Shown in pieces: positions 54,574 through 64,000 of a stretch of DNA of 64,000 bases. The stretch is from Thermodesulfobacteriota bacterium. GTDB lineage: Bacteria; Desulfobacterota; Desulfobulbia; Desulfobulbales; SURF-16. Numbering within the stretch: the first letter of the stretch is position 1; every line of letters begins with the position of its first letter. The stretch spans positions 1 to 64,000 of the forward strand of contig JBDLIE010000010.1 in the NCBI GenBank assembly GCA_039715015.1. The letters are read 5' to 3'. Both the position numbers and the translations under genes were made by a program. A model generated the notes under the pieces. That model was given only the letters and a program-made list of their open reading frames with translations, was not told the DNA's origin and searched no databases.

Positions 54574-55497
54574 TCAATCGATTTTGCCGGCCGGTTTTTT
54601 CAGCGCCAACACCTGTTTGACTAATAATTCATTTTCGGAGACAGGGATAGCCAATTTCTTGGCCTCGGAGAGCAGGGCGCCGTTTATGGCCATAATCTCT
54701 GTTTTTTTGCCGTTTCTGACGTCCTGAAGCATTGAAGAGACATTACCGGCCGTGGCTTGGCACACTTCCAGAGTTCGGCCCACAGGGGCGGTGCCGACAT
54801 CAATGCCCTTGCGGTGGGCAACATGAACTCCCTCCTCGACAAGGGCAATGAGGCGTGAACGTGCCTCGGGAATTTTTAGGAGATCGCCATTTGGGCAGTC
54901 ATAGAGAACGGTGAGGCCATTTATGCCGACATTGACCAAAAGCTTTTGCCAGAGGCGGTTCTTAATGTCGTCAACAATCTCAGTGGCGAGACCTGCAGCA
55001 GACAGGGCTGTGGCCGCTTTTTTCAGCAGTGCCCCGTGGCGGTCAGGGGGAGGCTGAAGAAAGCCGATAACTGTAGGGCCGTCTCCGCCATGGCGCACAG
55101 AGCCCGCTTTGACCAGGGTTGCACCCTGAGAGGTCACCCCAAGGGCCAGACCGGAAGCAGCATCTGTGAAGAAATGGAGATGGCCTATGCCGTTTTGGAG
55201 GCCGAGAATAAGGCGTTCAGGGCCGCTAAGGCCTTGGACAACGGGCAGAAGGTCAGCAATTTGCTGGGACTTGACTGCCAGAATAACCAGTTCTGCCTGT
55301 TTCAGGCAGGCAGGATCGGCAGTTATGGATAAATCTACATCGCGTTCCTGGTCGGCAGTTATCAAGGTTAGGTGGTTGCCAAGAGCGTTGGCCCGCTGGG
55401 CATTATGGTCAAGAAGGGTGACGTTTTGGCCGGCAGCAGCGAGCCGGGCGCTAAAGAGTGAGCCCAGGGCTCCCGGGCCTATGACCACAATGTTCAT
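54574..55497 (-). CDS. panE: 2-dehydropantoate 2-reductase
   Basis: GPGALG, VKS, LQNG, WQKL.VN, SSMLQD, TE...NG. Confidence 0.92.
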   Translation of the reverse strand: MNIVVIGPGALGSLFSARLAAAGQNVTLLDHNAQRANALGNHLTLITADQERDVDLSITADPACLKQAELVILAVKSQQIADLLPVVQGLSGPERLILGLQNGIGHLHFFTDAASGLALGVTSQGATLVKAGSVRHGGDGPTVIGFLQPPPDRHGALLKKAATALSAAGLATEIVDDIKNRLWQKLLVNVGINGLTVLYDCPNGDLLKIPEARSRLIALVEEGVHVAHRKGIDVGTAPVGRTLEVCQATAGNVSSMLQDVRNGKKTEIMAINGALLSEAKKLAIPVSENELLVKQVLALKKPAGKID

Positions 55498-55520
55498 AAT
55501 ACCACCCCGTTAAACCAAAA

Positions 55521-55557
55521 GAGGAGGGGCAGGGCTTTCAAAAAGCCCTGCCCCTCC
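55521..55557. terminator. GC-rich hairpin, probable terminator
   Basis: GGAGGGGCAGGGCTTT..AAAGCCCTGCCCCTCC. Confidence 0.65.
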
Positions 55558-55590
55558 GAGACAACCATTACCTGTGCCGAAACAGGGGTA

Positions 55591-56466
55591 CTATTTAGAA
55601 ATAACGGCTTTTTCTACCATGGCCTCATAAAAATAGCCCATGCCGAAATCTTTTTTGGCAGCAACAGTGCCCTCAACCATGACGACGCTGCCCTCGTCAG
55701 CCATCTCATCGGTGGTGACAACCAGATCATGGCTGCTTTGCATGGGATTACCGGTGCCGTCCTGGATATGGAGCCAGTTAACCCCCATGATCTGGGGAGA
55801 TACCTTGACCACCTTGCCGCGTACCTTGATCTTTTTGCCGTTTAAGGCATCAGCCTCGGTAAAAACTTGTTCAACAGTTTTACCACTATCACCTTCAGCC
55901 TTGGTAACCTTGATTTCCTGGGCGGAAACAACGGCCTTTGTGCTGCCGCCGTTGGCTGCTCCTTCATCCATTGCCGGGGCTTGCGCCGGGGTGCCGGAAT
56001 TGAGGGCTGCCATGAAGTTTTCTTCAGCAGAGCCGTCGGTTTTGGTAGCCGGCGCCGCTGTCATACTGCCATGGGGGTTGGCCTGAGCAGCGCCTTTCAT
56101 CCCTGATGAAAAGATAATTTCCGGGAAGGTACGGTTAAGAGAGGGGCTGTGAAAATCTTTCATCACCGGGCCATTGGCCAGGCTGATCTCTTGACCATTT
56201 TCAACCTGGGTTTGGCCAATGGCTGCCCAGACTTTATTTTGACCATTATCAACCTGCAGGTAGGTGTAGCCGCCGCTGTTAAAGGTCTCGACAACGGTGC
56301 CTGTCAAGGCATTGTCGTTGACAGGGGCGCCAACCTGCATGGTCTGAGGGGCGCTGGTTTCGGCGTTTTCCGCCTTTTCCGGGGTGCTGTCTCCCGAACA
56401 ACCGGTCAAGGACAGGCTAAGGGCCAGAGCAGGTACCAGGTACATTTTTTTCGCTTCAATCATCAT
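55591..56466 (-). CDS. Lipoprotein with two OB-fold-like domains (NrfJ-like)
   Basis: LTGC lipobox; G.VVET..SGGYTY..V....WAA and IMGVNWLHIQDG, KDFGMGY motifs. Confidence 0.65.
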   Translation of the reverse strand: MMIEAKKMYLVPALALSLSLTGCSGDSTPEKAENAETSAPQTMQVGAPVNDNALTGTVVETFNSGGYTYLQVDNGQNKVWAAIGQTQVENGQEISLANGPVMKDFHSPSLNRTFPEIIFSSGMKGAAQANPHGSMTAAPATKTDGSAEENFMAALNSGTPAQAPAMDEGAANGGSTKAVVSAQEIKVTKAEGDSGKTVEQVFTEADALNGKKIKVRGKVVKVSPQIMGVNWLHIQDGTGNPMQSSHDLVVTTDEMADEGSVVMVEGTVAAKKDFGMGYFYEAMVEKAVISK

Positions 56467-56586
56467 TCACCTCTGTTGTGTGTGAAAAAATTAAACGTTC
56501 CAGTGTGTTAGAAGTGTTCAAGAATAGGAATATAGTTCCATATTTTTTTGAAGACTACCAGAGAGTGGAAAAAATTTCCTGGAAAA

Positions 56587-58815
56587 TCAGGAACCATAGG
56601 AAAAGCTGAAAGCATCTTTGCTGCGCCCAACCTTGACATTGCCGCCTTTCTGCAACTTGCCGAAAAGAATTTCTTCAGACAGGGCATCGCCTATCTCAGT
56701 CATCACCAGACGGCGAAGGGGACGGGCCCCGAAATCAGGGTCCAAACCGTTCTTGGCCAACCATTTGCGGGCTTCTTTGGTAAGGGAAATGGACACCTTG
56801 CGCTCAGCAAGCTGGGCGGAAAGCTCAAGGATGAGCTTGTCGACGATTTTTTCTACAGTTTCGAGATTAAGCTGGTTAAAGGAGATAATACCATCGAGGC
56901 GGTTGCGGAACTCAGGTGAGAAGAGGTCCTTAATGGCCTTTTGGTCTTTACCTTTCTGCTGGCTGACAAAGCCTATGGCCTGGCCGCTCATCTCCCGGGC
57001 TCCGGCATTGGTGGTCATGATAATAACCACATTGCGAAAATCCGCCTTGCGGCCGGAGTTGTCGGTGAGGGTGGAGTGGTCCATGACCTGGAGGAGGATG
57101 GAGAAGATATCCGGGTGGGCCTTTTCAATCTCGTCAAGAAGCAGAACACTGTAAGGATGTTTGCGGATGGCATCGGTGAGCAGGCCGCCCTGATCAAACC
57201 CTACATAGCCGGGAGGCGCACCGATAAGGCGGGCCACGGCATGCTTTTCCATATACTCAGACATGTCAAAACGTTCAAAATGAACACCCAGGGTATGGGC
57301 GAGCTGGCGAGCCACCTCTGTTTTACCAACCCCGGTGGGACCGGCAAAGAGAAAGGAACCAGTGGGCCGCAAGGGGTCGCTCAGTCCAGCCCGGCTTCGT
57401 TTTACCGAAGTGACTAAGGCGTCAATGGCGTGGTCCTGGCCAAAGATGAGAAGCTTCAGGGTGCCGTCCAGGCCCTTGAGCTGCTCGGCGTCAGAGCCGG
57501 AGATATTTTTGGCGGGGATGCGGGCGATTTTGGCAATGGCGGCCTCAATGTCACGCACCGTAATGGTTTTTTTCTTACCCTTGCCCCGGGTGAGCCTGAA
57601 GGCGGCACCCACCTCGTCAAGGACGTCGATGGCCTTGTCGGGCAGAAAGCGATCGTTTAGATAGCGGTCGGCAAGCTCGGCAGTCACCTTGATGGCTGCA
57701 TTAGAGTAACTCAGATCGTGGTGTTCCTCGTAACGGGACTTAAGGCCCTTAAGAATGGCAAAGGTCTCATCCACAGAGGGCTCTTCCACGTCGATTTTCT
57801 GAAAGCGCCGGGCCAGGGCCCGGTCTTTTTCAATATAACCCTTGTACTCCTCATAGGTGGTGGAACCAATACAGCGTAACTTGCCGTTTTGCAGGGCAGG
57901 CTTGAGGAGGTTGGAGGCGTCCATACTACCGCCGCTGGTAGCGCCAGCGCCGACAATGGTGTGGATTTCGTCAATGATGAGGATGGTTTCAGGGTCTTGC
58001 TCCACCTCGCCAATCACTGCTTTGAGGCGTTCTTCAAAATCACCGCGATACTTGGTGCCGGCAAGCAATGCCCCCATGTCAAGGAGACGGAGCTTGGAAT
58101 TGGCCAATAAATTTGGCACCTCGCCGTTGTGGATCTTAAGGGCAAGGCCTTCGGCCAGGGCGGTTTTGCCCACGCCAGGTTCGCCCACCAGAAGGGGGTT
58201 GTTTTTTTTGCGCCGACAGAGAACCTGCATAATCCGTTCAAGCTCAGGTTTGCGGCCGATCAGCGGATCTATGGAGCCTTCTGCGGCGCGCTGGCTGTAG
58301 TTGATGGTGTATGCTTCCAGGGCATTGCCGCCCTTCTGGACATCCTCGGGGCAGCAGCTCTTATTTACTATTTTAAAGGGGTCCTCCTGGTCAAGGCGAT
58401 GGGAGATATAGTCAACAACATCAAGACGGCCCAGGCCTTCAGATTCAAGATAGTAGACGGCAAAAGAGTCGGGCTCGTTAAAGATGGCGGCCAGTACATC
58501 GCCGGAATCAACCTCTTTCTTGCCGCTGCTCTGAACATGGGCAATGGCCCGTTGCAGGACCCGGTTAAAACCAATGGTCTGGATGGGGTCGGTGGGAGAT
58601 TCCTGGTCAAGAACCGGCATATTGCTGGCAAAGAAGGATTCCAGGTTCAGCTTAAGGCTGTCCACATTGCCGCCGCAGCCAATAATAATTCTACGAGTCA
58701 AGTCGTCATGGAGCAGGCCGTAGAGGATGTGCTCCACCGTGACATGTTCGTGACGCCTGGTTTTGGCCTCACGAATGGCCATAACCAGAGCTATTTCAAC
58801 TTTTTGACTTATCAT
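56587..58815 (-). CDS. clpA: ATP-dependent Clp protease ATPase subunit
   Basis: Two AAA+ modules (GEPGVGKT, GPTGVGKT), no middle coiled coil, IGF loop, follows clpS. Confidence 0.96.
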   Translation of the reverse strand: MISQKVEIALVMAIREAKTRRHEHVTVEHILYGLLHDDLTRRIIIGCGGNVDSLKLNLESFFASNMPVLDQESPTDPIQTIGFNRVLQRAIAHVQSSGKKEVDSGDVLAAIFNEPDSFAVYYLESEGLGRLDVVDYISHRLDQEDPFKIVNKSCCPEDVQKGGNALEAYTINYSQRAAEGSIDPLIGRKPELERIMQVLCRRKKNNPLLVGEPGVGKTALAEGLALKIHNGEVPNLLANSKLRLLDMGALLAGTKYRGDFEERLKAVIGEVEQDPETILIIDEIHTIVGAGATSGGSMDASNLLKPALQNGKLRCIGSTTYEEYKGYIEKDRALARRFQKIDVEEPSVDETFAILKGLKSRYEEHHDLSYSNAAIKVTAELADRYLNDRFLPDKAIDVLDEVGAAFRLTRGKGKKKTITVRDIEAAIAKIARIPAKNISGSDAEQLKGLDGTLKLLIFGQDHAIDALVTSVKRSRAGLSDPLRPTGSFLFAGPTGVGKTEVARQLAHTLGVHFERFDMSEYMEKHAVARLIGAPPGYVGFDQGGLLTDAIRKHPYSVLLLDEIEKAHPDIFSILLQVMDHSTLTDNSGRKADFRNVVIIMTTNAGAREMSGQAIGFVSQQKGKDQKAIKDLFSPEFRNRLDGIISFNQLNLETVEKIVDKLILELSAQLAERKVSISLTKEARKWLAKNGLDPDFGARPLRRLVMTEIGDALSEEILFGKLQKGGNVKVGRSKDAFSFSYGS

Positions 58816-58826
58816 CTTGCCAGGCC

Positions 58827-59141
58827 CTACATCTGCTCAAGAGAACATTTCAACGGATATTCATGTTGGCGGGCCAGATCATGAACCAGGGTTATCTTCG
58901 TTTCGGCAATATCCCTGCTGTAGACACCGGCAACGCCAACCCCCTGCTGATGGACATTCAACATAATTCTGGAGGCGTCTTCAGCTCTTTTCTGAAAGAC
59001 GGATTCCAGAACCATGATAACAAAATCCATGGTGGTGTAGTCATCGTTATGGAGCAAAACCTTGAACATGGGAGGCTCTTTAACCTCATGCCGATGTTCT
59101 GTGGCCACCCCACCTTTTACGTCATAGTCAGCTATTGCCAT
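58827..59141 (-). CDS. clpS: Clp protease adaptor
   Basis: VLLHNDDYTTMDFV, MLNVH..G, YPL. Confidence 0.96.
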   Translation of the reverse strand: MAIADYDVKGGVATEHRHEVKEPPMFKVLLHNDDYTTMDFVIMVLESVFQKRAEDASRIMLNVHQQGVGVAGVYSRDIAETKITLVHDLARQHEYPLKCSLEQM

Positions 59142-59203
59142 TGTCGCAAACTACTCCTTAATAGTCAACGCACCACGCGGTCTTTCTGGGGTAAACACTC
59201 CTT

Positions 59204-60544
59204 CTAGACAAGCATGGAAAAGAAAAAGTTCTCTAAAATCAAAGACTCTCGTATTCCAGATCCTTTTAATTTAAATTCTGCTAAAAGCAAGGCCGTAAGG
59301 CCGTTAATAAGCTCCTGCCGTGAAAAGCCTTCAGCCTGCTGAAAGCCCTTGTAGACGACAAAGGGATGCCCTTTTAAAAATTCGTTGTCACCCAGCGCCT
59401 CTTTGATGGCAGTGAGATAGCCCTTTTGAAAGACATTGTATGCCTGACCCGGACAATAGGATGGCTCGCTCTTATCCTGCAGGGCGCGAAGAAACAAAAG
59501 GCGGCGGATCAGGTTGCGCAGGGCGGAAATAAGCACCAGAGGGTGGAGCCCGGCCCGCAGCAGGCGGCCCTGGAGGTAGAGGGAGCGATTCAGGTCACGG
59601 GAGGCAAAGGCGTCGTTAAGTTCAAAGAGGGCCTCCTCCCTGGTTTGACCGGTGACGGCATTGACGTCATCACTTGTCACTACCGGCGCCTCGTCACAGT
59701 AAAGGCAGAGTTTTTCGGCCTCGCGCACCGCAGCCACCGGATGGAAACCCACCCGGTCAAGAACCATCTCCAAAACCCTGGGGCCCGGTTTTTTGCCCAT
59801 CTGGTCAAAGGTCTGGTTGACCAGGTCGCGGATCACCGCATCCTGATCCTTGCGGGCCGCCGTGGCTGCTCCAGTATCCACAGACAGGTCGACAATAACG
59901 CCGATCTCATCAATGGTTTTAAAAAGTTTTTTGCGTTTATCAACGGTTTCCGCCACCAGGACCAGATGATTTTTTTCAGGAACGCCCTTTTCCAAGGTGT
60001 TCTGAACCAGGGCAGCATTATCAGGGGCTGCAGGGCCGTCATCTCCGGGGAGCAGGGAAATTCCCTTGGTCCAGGCCACATCCTGAGGCTTGGCAAAACC
60101 AAAGAGTTTCTTCCACTGGCCGGCACTGAGTTCGTCAACCTTGTCTTCAGCATCCAGGCCGCCAAGGCCAGCCAGCTGGGCCAAATAGCGGCCCGCCTTT
60201 TCCTGGTCGTCCTTGTTGTGGGCTTTCAGGGCCTTATCCCAGATCGATTTGCCCACTGCCTTGGAATGAAAGAGGCGGGAATCAAGGACCCGGATGACCT
60301 GGCGACCTCCAAAAAGGCTGAAGGTGCGCAGCTCATTGATGGTCTGGCTCACCACCTCTTGGTCGCCGTCCACGGCCCGCATGTTTTGTTGACGGCTGGC
60401 CTGGTCAGGGAGAAGGCGGCCAATGATTTCCTGGGCGGCCTGGGCGCAGAGGTAGCGCTCGCCAAAGAGTAGATAAACCGGGCGCAGGCTGCCTTTGTCT
60501 AGCTCGGCAAGCAGGCTGGGGAGGTCGTGACGGGTGTACTTCAT
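59204..60544 (-). CDS. holA: DNA polymerase III delta subunit
   Basis: VYLLFGERYL, FSLFGG, DKRKK, EAEKL..Y, LKGS; longer than typical. Confidence 0.8.
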   Translation of the reverse strand: MKYTRHDLPSLLAELDKGSLRPVYLLFGERYLCAQAAQEIIGRLLPDQASRQQNMRAVDGDQEVVSQTINELRTFSLFGGRQVIRVLDSRLFHSKAVGKSIWDKALKAHNKDDQEKAGRYLAQLAGLGGLDAEDKVDELSAGQWKKLFGFAKPQDVAWTKGISLLPGDDGPAAPDNAALVQNTLEKGVPEKNHLVLVAETVDKRKKLFKTIDEIGVIVDLSVDTGAATAARKDQDAVIRDLVNQTFDQMGKKPGPRVLEMVLDRVGFHPVAAVREAEKLCLYCDEAPVVTSDDVNAVTGQTREEALFELNDAFASRDLNRSLYLQGRLLRAGLHPLVLISALRNLIRRLLFLRALQDKSEPSYCPGQAYNVFQKGYLTAIKEALGDNEFLKGHPFVVYKGFQQAEGFSRQELINGLTALLLAEFKLKGSGIRESLILENFFFSMLV

Positions 60545-60654
60545 TTTCTTTAATGAAAATTAAGGGCAGAAATCATGGAAAAAAGTGATAAGGAAACTTA
60601 TAAATAAATTTCGTTGTCCCGTAAACAGGCAAAAAATACCAGGAGTGGTAATTT

Positions 60655-61524
60655 ATGTTTTTAGGTGCCCATATGTCGGTGTCAGGCGGTTTGCACCTGG
60701 CCATTGAGCGGATCAGGAAGGTGCAGGGGACTGCCCTGCAGATTTTTTCAAGAAACCAGCGGCAATGGCAGGCCAAACCAATCAGTGACGAGGAGGCCCG
60801 GCTCTTTAGCGGGGCCTGGCAGGCCTGGGGCCCTTATCCCATTGCTGTTCATGCCTCCTATCTGATTAATCTGGCCACAGCCAAAGAGGAGGGGAGCCAG
60901 AAAGGTATTAAGGCCTTAGCGGCTGAATTGGCTAGAACGCAATCCTTGGCAATCCCCCATATTGTCATCCATCCCGGCTCCCATGGCGGCATGGCGGTTG
61001 AGCAGGGTGTTGAGCGGGTGGCAATGAGCCTGGATCAGGCCTTTGCTCTGGCCCCCGTGGCAGACGAGGCGAAAAAGCCCATGATTCTTCTGGAGACCAC
61101 TGCCGGCCAAGGAACGGCGCTGGGTGCCTGTTTTGAAGAGCTGGCAGCTATTAGAGCCGCCAGCAGCAATCCTGAACGGCTGGGGGTCTGCCTGGACACC
61201 TGCCATGTCTTTGCTGCAGGTTATGACATCAGTACCCCACAGGGTTTTACCAAAACCATGGACGATTTTGAGCGGATCATCGGCCTGGAACATCTTCACT
61301 TTATCCATGTCAATGACTCCAAGAAACCTTTGGCCTCAAGGGTGGATAGGCACGATCATATCGGTGCGGGTGAGATTGGCCTGGAGGCTTTTCGCCTGTT
61401 GATGACGGATAAACGCCTCCGACAAATACCTAAAACCCTGGAAACACCCAAGGCTGAGGATTTGGCTGAAGATCGGCTCAATCTAAAGCTGCTTCGGGAG
61501 CTTGCCGCTGAGAAAAACGAGTAA
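60655..61524 (+). CDS. nfo: Endonuclease IV
   Basis: GAHMS, HASYLINL, HPG, LETTAG, DTCH, H.NDS, DRH, ETP. Confidence 0.95.
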   Translation: MFLGAHMSVSGGLHLAIERIRKVQGTALQIFSRNQRQWQAKPISDEEARLFSGAWQAWGPYPIAVHASYLINLATAKEEGSQKGIKALAAELARTQSLAIPHIVIHPGSHGGMAVEQGVERVAMSLDQAFALAPVADEAKKPMILLETTAGQGTALGACFEELAAIRAASSNPERLGVCLDTCHVFAAGYDISTPQGFTKTMDDFERIIGLEHLHFIHVNDSKKPLASRVDRHDHIGAGEIGLEAFRLLMTDKRLRQIPKTLETPKAEDLAEDRLNLKLLRELAAEKNE

Positions 61525-61548
61525 TCGCCTGCCTAAAGAGTAAAAAAA

Positions 61549-62256
61549 ATGTCGAAATCAATTCCCCATAAAGAACGACAACCCGCCTGCCTGCTTATCC
61601 TGGGTATCGACGCTTCAGGTAAGAACCATGTGGCCAACGTCATAAGCGACCATCTGGCTGCTGGCGGCCGGATGGTGGAAAAGCGGCAGGGTAGCTTCAG
61701 TGCCCCGGCCTCGGCAGCCACCAGCAGTGAAGATAAGGGTTTTTTAAATCTGGCCAAAGAGGCTCTTTTCCTGAAAGCCTACCCGCTCCTTAAGCCCCTT
61801 ATTTTTCCGGTTATCAACCTTTTACTTAACAGGGACCTGCAGGCCTTTAGGCAGAGCCGCGGCGCCCTGCTGGTGATCAGTAATACCGCCCTGCGGGTCC
61901 TGGCCTTTCACCTTGGCCATGTCTTTTCTCGGCCTGAAGAGATCAGGCTGCCGGCCTATCTTGCCACCACCCTTGGGGCCATCCAACCACGGACCCAGGT
62001 CGCCAGCCTTGTCCTGGATGTTGACCACCATGTCAGGGAGGCCCGGGTGGGCCATCGTCTCGCCAATAATAAAGCGGATCATTTTGATCAATATCTGGCC
62101 GGAGATGGCCTGCTCTCAGAGCGGATTGAGGAGTTTCTTGTCTGGCTTGCCACCACCTATCTTGGCGCCCGGGTGCTTATCAATAATAATTTGAGGGATG
62201 AGGAAATTATCGCCTTTATGCAGGAGGTAGTTGCCCCTGGGGAAGCGCTGCCATGA
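61549..62256 (+). CDS. Hypothetical protein with N-terminal P-loop (nucleotide-kinase-like)
   Basis: LLILGIDASGKN Walker A; stop overlaps the dinB start. Confidence 0.55.
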   Translation: MSKSIPHKERQPACLLILGIDASGKNHVANVISDHLAAGGRMVEKRQGSFSAPASAATSSEDKGFLNLAKEALFLKAYPLLKPLIFPVINLLLNRDLQAFRQSRGALLVISNTALRVLAFHLGHVFSRPEEIRLPAYLATTLGAIQPRTQVASLVLDVDHHVREARVGHRLANNKADHFDQYLAGDGLLSERIEEFLVWLATTYLGARVLINNNLRDEEIIAFMQEVVAPGEALP

Positions 62257-63455
62257 CATGCCGGTCAATCATCCATCTCGATATGGATGCCTTCTACGCC
62301 TCGGTGGAGGTGCTGGATAACCCGGAGCTGGCAGGAAGGCCGGTTATTGTCGGCGGCAGCTCGGAGCGTGGCGTGGTGTCGGCCGCTTCCTACGAGGCCA
62401 GGGCCTTTGGGGTTCATTCTGCCCTGCCCATAGTGATGGCGCGGCGCCGTTGCCCTCAGGGCATCTTTCGCCCGGTACGTATGGCCCGCTATCAGGAAGT
62501 ATCGCGGCAGGTGATGGCCATCTTTGCTGATTTCACCCCCCTGGTCGAGCAGATTTCAGTGGATGAGGCCTTTCTTGATGTCAGCGGCTGCACCAGGCTT
62601 TTGGGAGATGCCGAAGCAATTGCCACCAGGATCAGGCAAAGGGTGCGGGATGAGGTCGGCCTCACCGTCTCCGCCGGTATCGCCAGCTCCAAGCTGGTGG
62701 CCAAGATTGCCTCGGACCAGCATAAGCCGGATGGGCTCACCCTTGTGCCGCCAGGAGCAGAGGCCGCCTTTTTAGCTCCCTTGGAGATCAAGCGACTCTG
62801 GGGGGTGGGCAAAAAGACGATCCCCAGTCTCAATATGCTGGGAGTAAAGACCATCGGTGATCTTTGTCGTTTTGACCTGGATTTTCTCGAAAAGAAATAT
62901 GGCAAGCAGGGCAGGCATATGTATTACTGCGCCCGCGGTCTGGATCTGCGGCAGGTTGAAACGGTGGAAACCGTGAAGTCCATCGGTAATGAAGAGACCT
63001 TTGCAGAGGATGTTGTCGATCTTGGAAAAATCAAAAAGGAGCTCCTTTATCTCACCACCAAGGTTGGCGAGAGGCTGCGGGGCCAAAACGTTAAGGGGCG
63101 CACGGTGACCTTGAAGATCAAATATCATGATTTCAGCACGGTGAGCAGATCCACCACCTTGGAGAGGCCAAGCAGCGATAGCCGCCTGCTCTATGAGACC
63201 ATCCTTGTTTTACTTGCCAAGACCCAGGCCGGGGTTAAAGCGGTTCGTCTGGCCGGCCTGGCGGTGGGAAAGTTAAGCGATGGGGATGGCCCCTGCCAGC
63301 TCGGCCTCTTTGCCTGCAATGAGGATGAAAATCGCCAGCAGCTCACCCAGGCCATGGATACCATTAACCGGCGCTACGGTTCTTTGACCATTAAACCTGC
63401 CCTGTTGACCGGGGAGGGCGGTGGAAAGTCTGAGGGGAAAAAGAATGTTGAATGA
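62253..63455 (+). CDS. dinB: DNA polymerase IV
   Basis: HLDMDAFYASVE, SYEAR, SVDEA, KPDG, WGVG. Confidence 0.96.
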   Translation: MTCRSIIHLDMDAFYASVEVLDNPELAGRPVIVGGSSERGVVSAASYEARAFGVHSALPIVMARRRCPQGIFRPVRMARYQEVSRQVMAIFADFTPLVEQISVDEAFLDVSGCTRLLGDAEAIATRIRQRVRDEVGLTVSAGIASSKLVAKIASDQHKPDGLTLVPPGAEAAFLAPLEIKRLWGVGKKTIPSLNMLGVKTIGDLCRFDLDFLEKKYGKQGRHMYYCARGLDLRQVETVETVKSIGNEETFAEDVVDLGKIKKELLYLTTKVGERLRGQNVKGRTVTLKIKYHDFSTVSRSTTLERPSSDSRLLYETILVLLAKTQAGVKAVRLAGLAVGKLSDGDGPCQLGLFACNEDENRQQLTQAMDTINRRYGSLTIKPALLTGEGGGKSEGKKNVE

Positions 63456-63456
63456 C

Positions 63457-63542
63457 GAATTTTAAATTTCGAATGTCGAGGGAAGGTAGTTTTCTTTTAT
63501 GTACGTCACCACCCGTTCTCCATTATTCGAAATTTAAAATTC
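63457..63542. repeat. Perfect 18-bp inverted repeat within heptamer-phased repeats
   Basis: GAATTTTAAATTTCGAAT (63457-63474) / ATTCGAAATTTAAAATTC (63525-63542). Confidence 0.8.
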
Positions 63543-63557
63543 AGAGTTCGGATATTC

Positions 63558-63902
63558 CTACGCTTCATGCTCCTCAGCGCACTGCACACACATGGTACTC
63601 TCGGGCATGAGGAGAATACGGCCGATGGGAATGGGTTCGCCGCACTCAAAGCAGACCCCGAAATCAGGATCATCCACCTGGGTCAGGGCATGCTGCAGCC
63701 TTGCCAGTTTGCGTTTGGCATTACTTAAGGCTGCCTCGTTAATCCCCTTCGTAGTGATGGCCTCCATCCGGGAGAGGCGGCCCACGGCATTGTCCGGGGC
63801 AATGGGCCTGCTCAACTCGTGGAGGGCGGCCACCTTGGCCTTGCTCTCCTCGATCTCGGCCACTATCCTCTCTTTAATTTTGGCGCGTTCAGGGCCTTCC
63901 AT
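63558..63902 (-). CDS. TraR/DksA family C4 zinc-finger protein
   Basis: GRLSRM, FGVCFECGEPI..RI..P....CVQC. Confidence 0.9.
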   Translation of the reverse strand: MEGPERAKIKERIVAEIEESKAKVAALHELSRPIAPDNAVGRLSRMEAITTKGINEAALSNAKRKLARLQHALTQVDDPDFGVCFECGEPIPIGRILLMPESTMCVQCAEEHEA

Positions 63903-64000
63903 GATTTTTCCTATTTTGTGGTGTTAAAAACGCTCAATCAGCAAGGGCTCACTCGTATCTCCCTCATAAATAAGGTAGAGTGGGGCTAAATAAGAGAGCA

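Overview
Bacterial chromosome segment, most consistent with a sulfur-metabolising Desulfobacterota (Desulfobulbales-like; inferred from a stand-alone two-Cys dsrC and the gene content). The right two-thirds is mostly core genome: a candidate oriC upstream of dnaN-gyrB-gyrA (no dnaA or recF beside it), msrAB, pstSCAB-phoU-phoB, parS/parAB, pyrK-pyrD, dsrC, ligA, birA, rlmKL, panE, clpSA, holA, nfo and dinB. The left part (about 3-16 kb) is accessory. The main discovery is a 2.8-kb integrase-less islet at the 3' end of tRNA-Pro(TGG), bounded by a 70-bp direct repeat. It holds an ArsR regulator with a palindromic operator and four consecutive genes that the ORF track truncates or misses because each has an in-frame TGA followed by a SECIS-like hairpin. 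The four are a UxxxC protein of unknown family, a UxxC thioredoxin-like protein, a UxxC DsrE-family protein (doubly frameshifted), and a TDT/SLAC1-like membrane protein. The TGA of the membrane protein aligns with a Cys in a paralog about 8 kb away, inside an ABC/LolA-like/beta-barrel export operon. A secreted heme-c multi-rhodanese lies between the two loci. Sec recoding and all functional roles are inferred from sequence; the sel machinery genes are not in this window.
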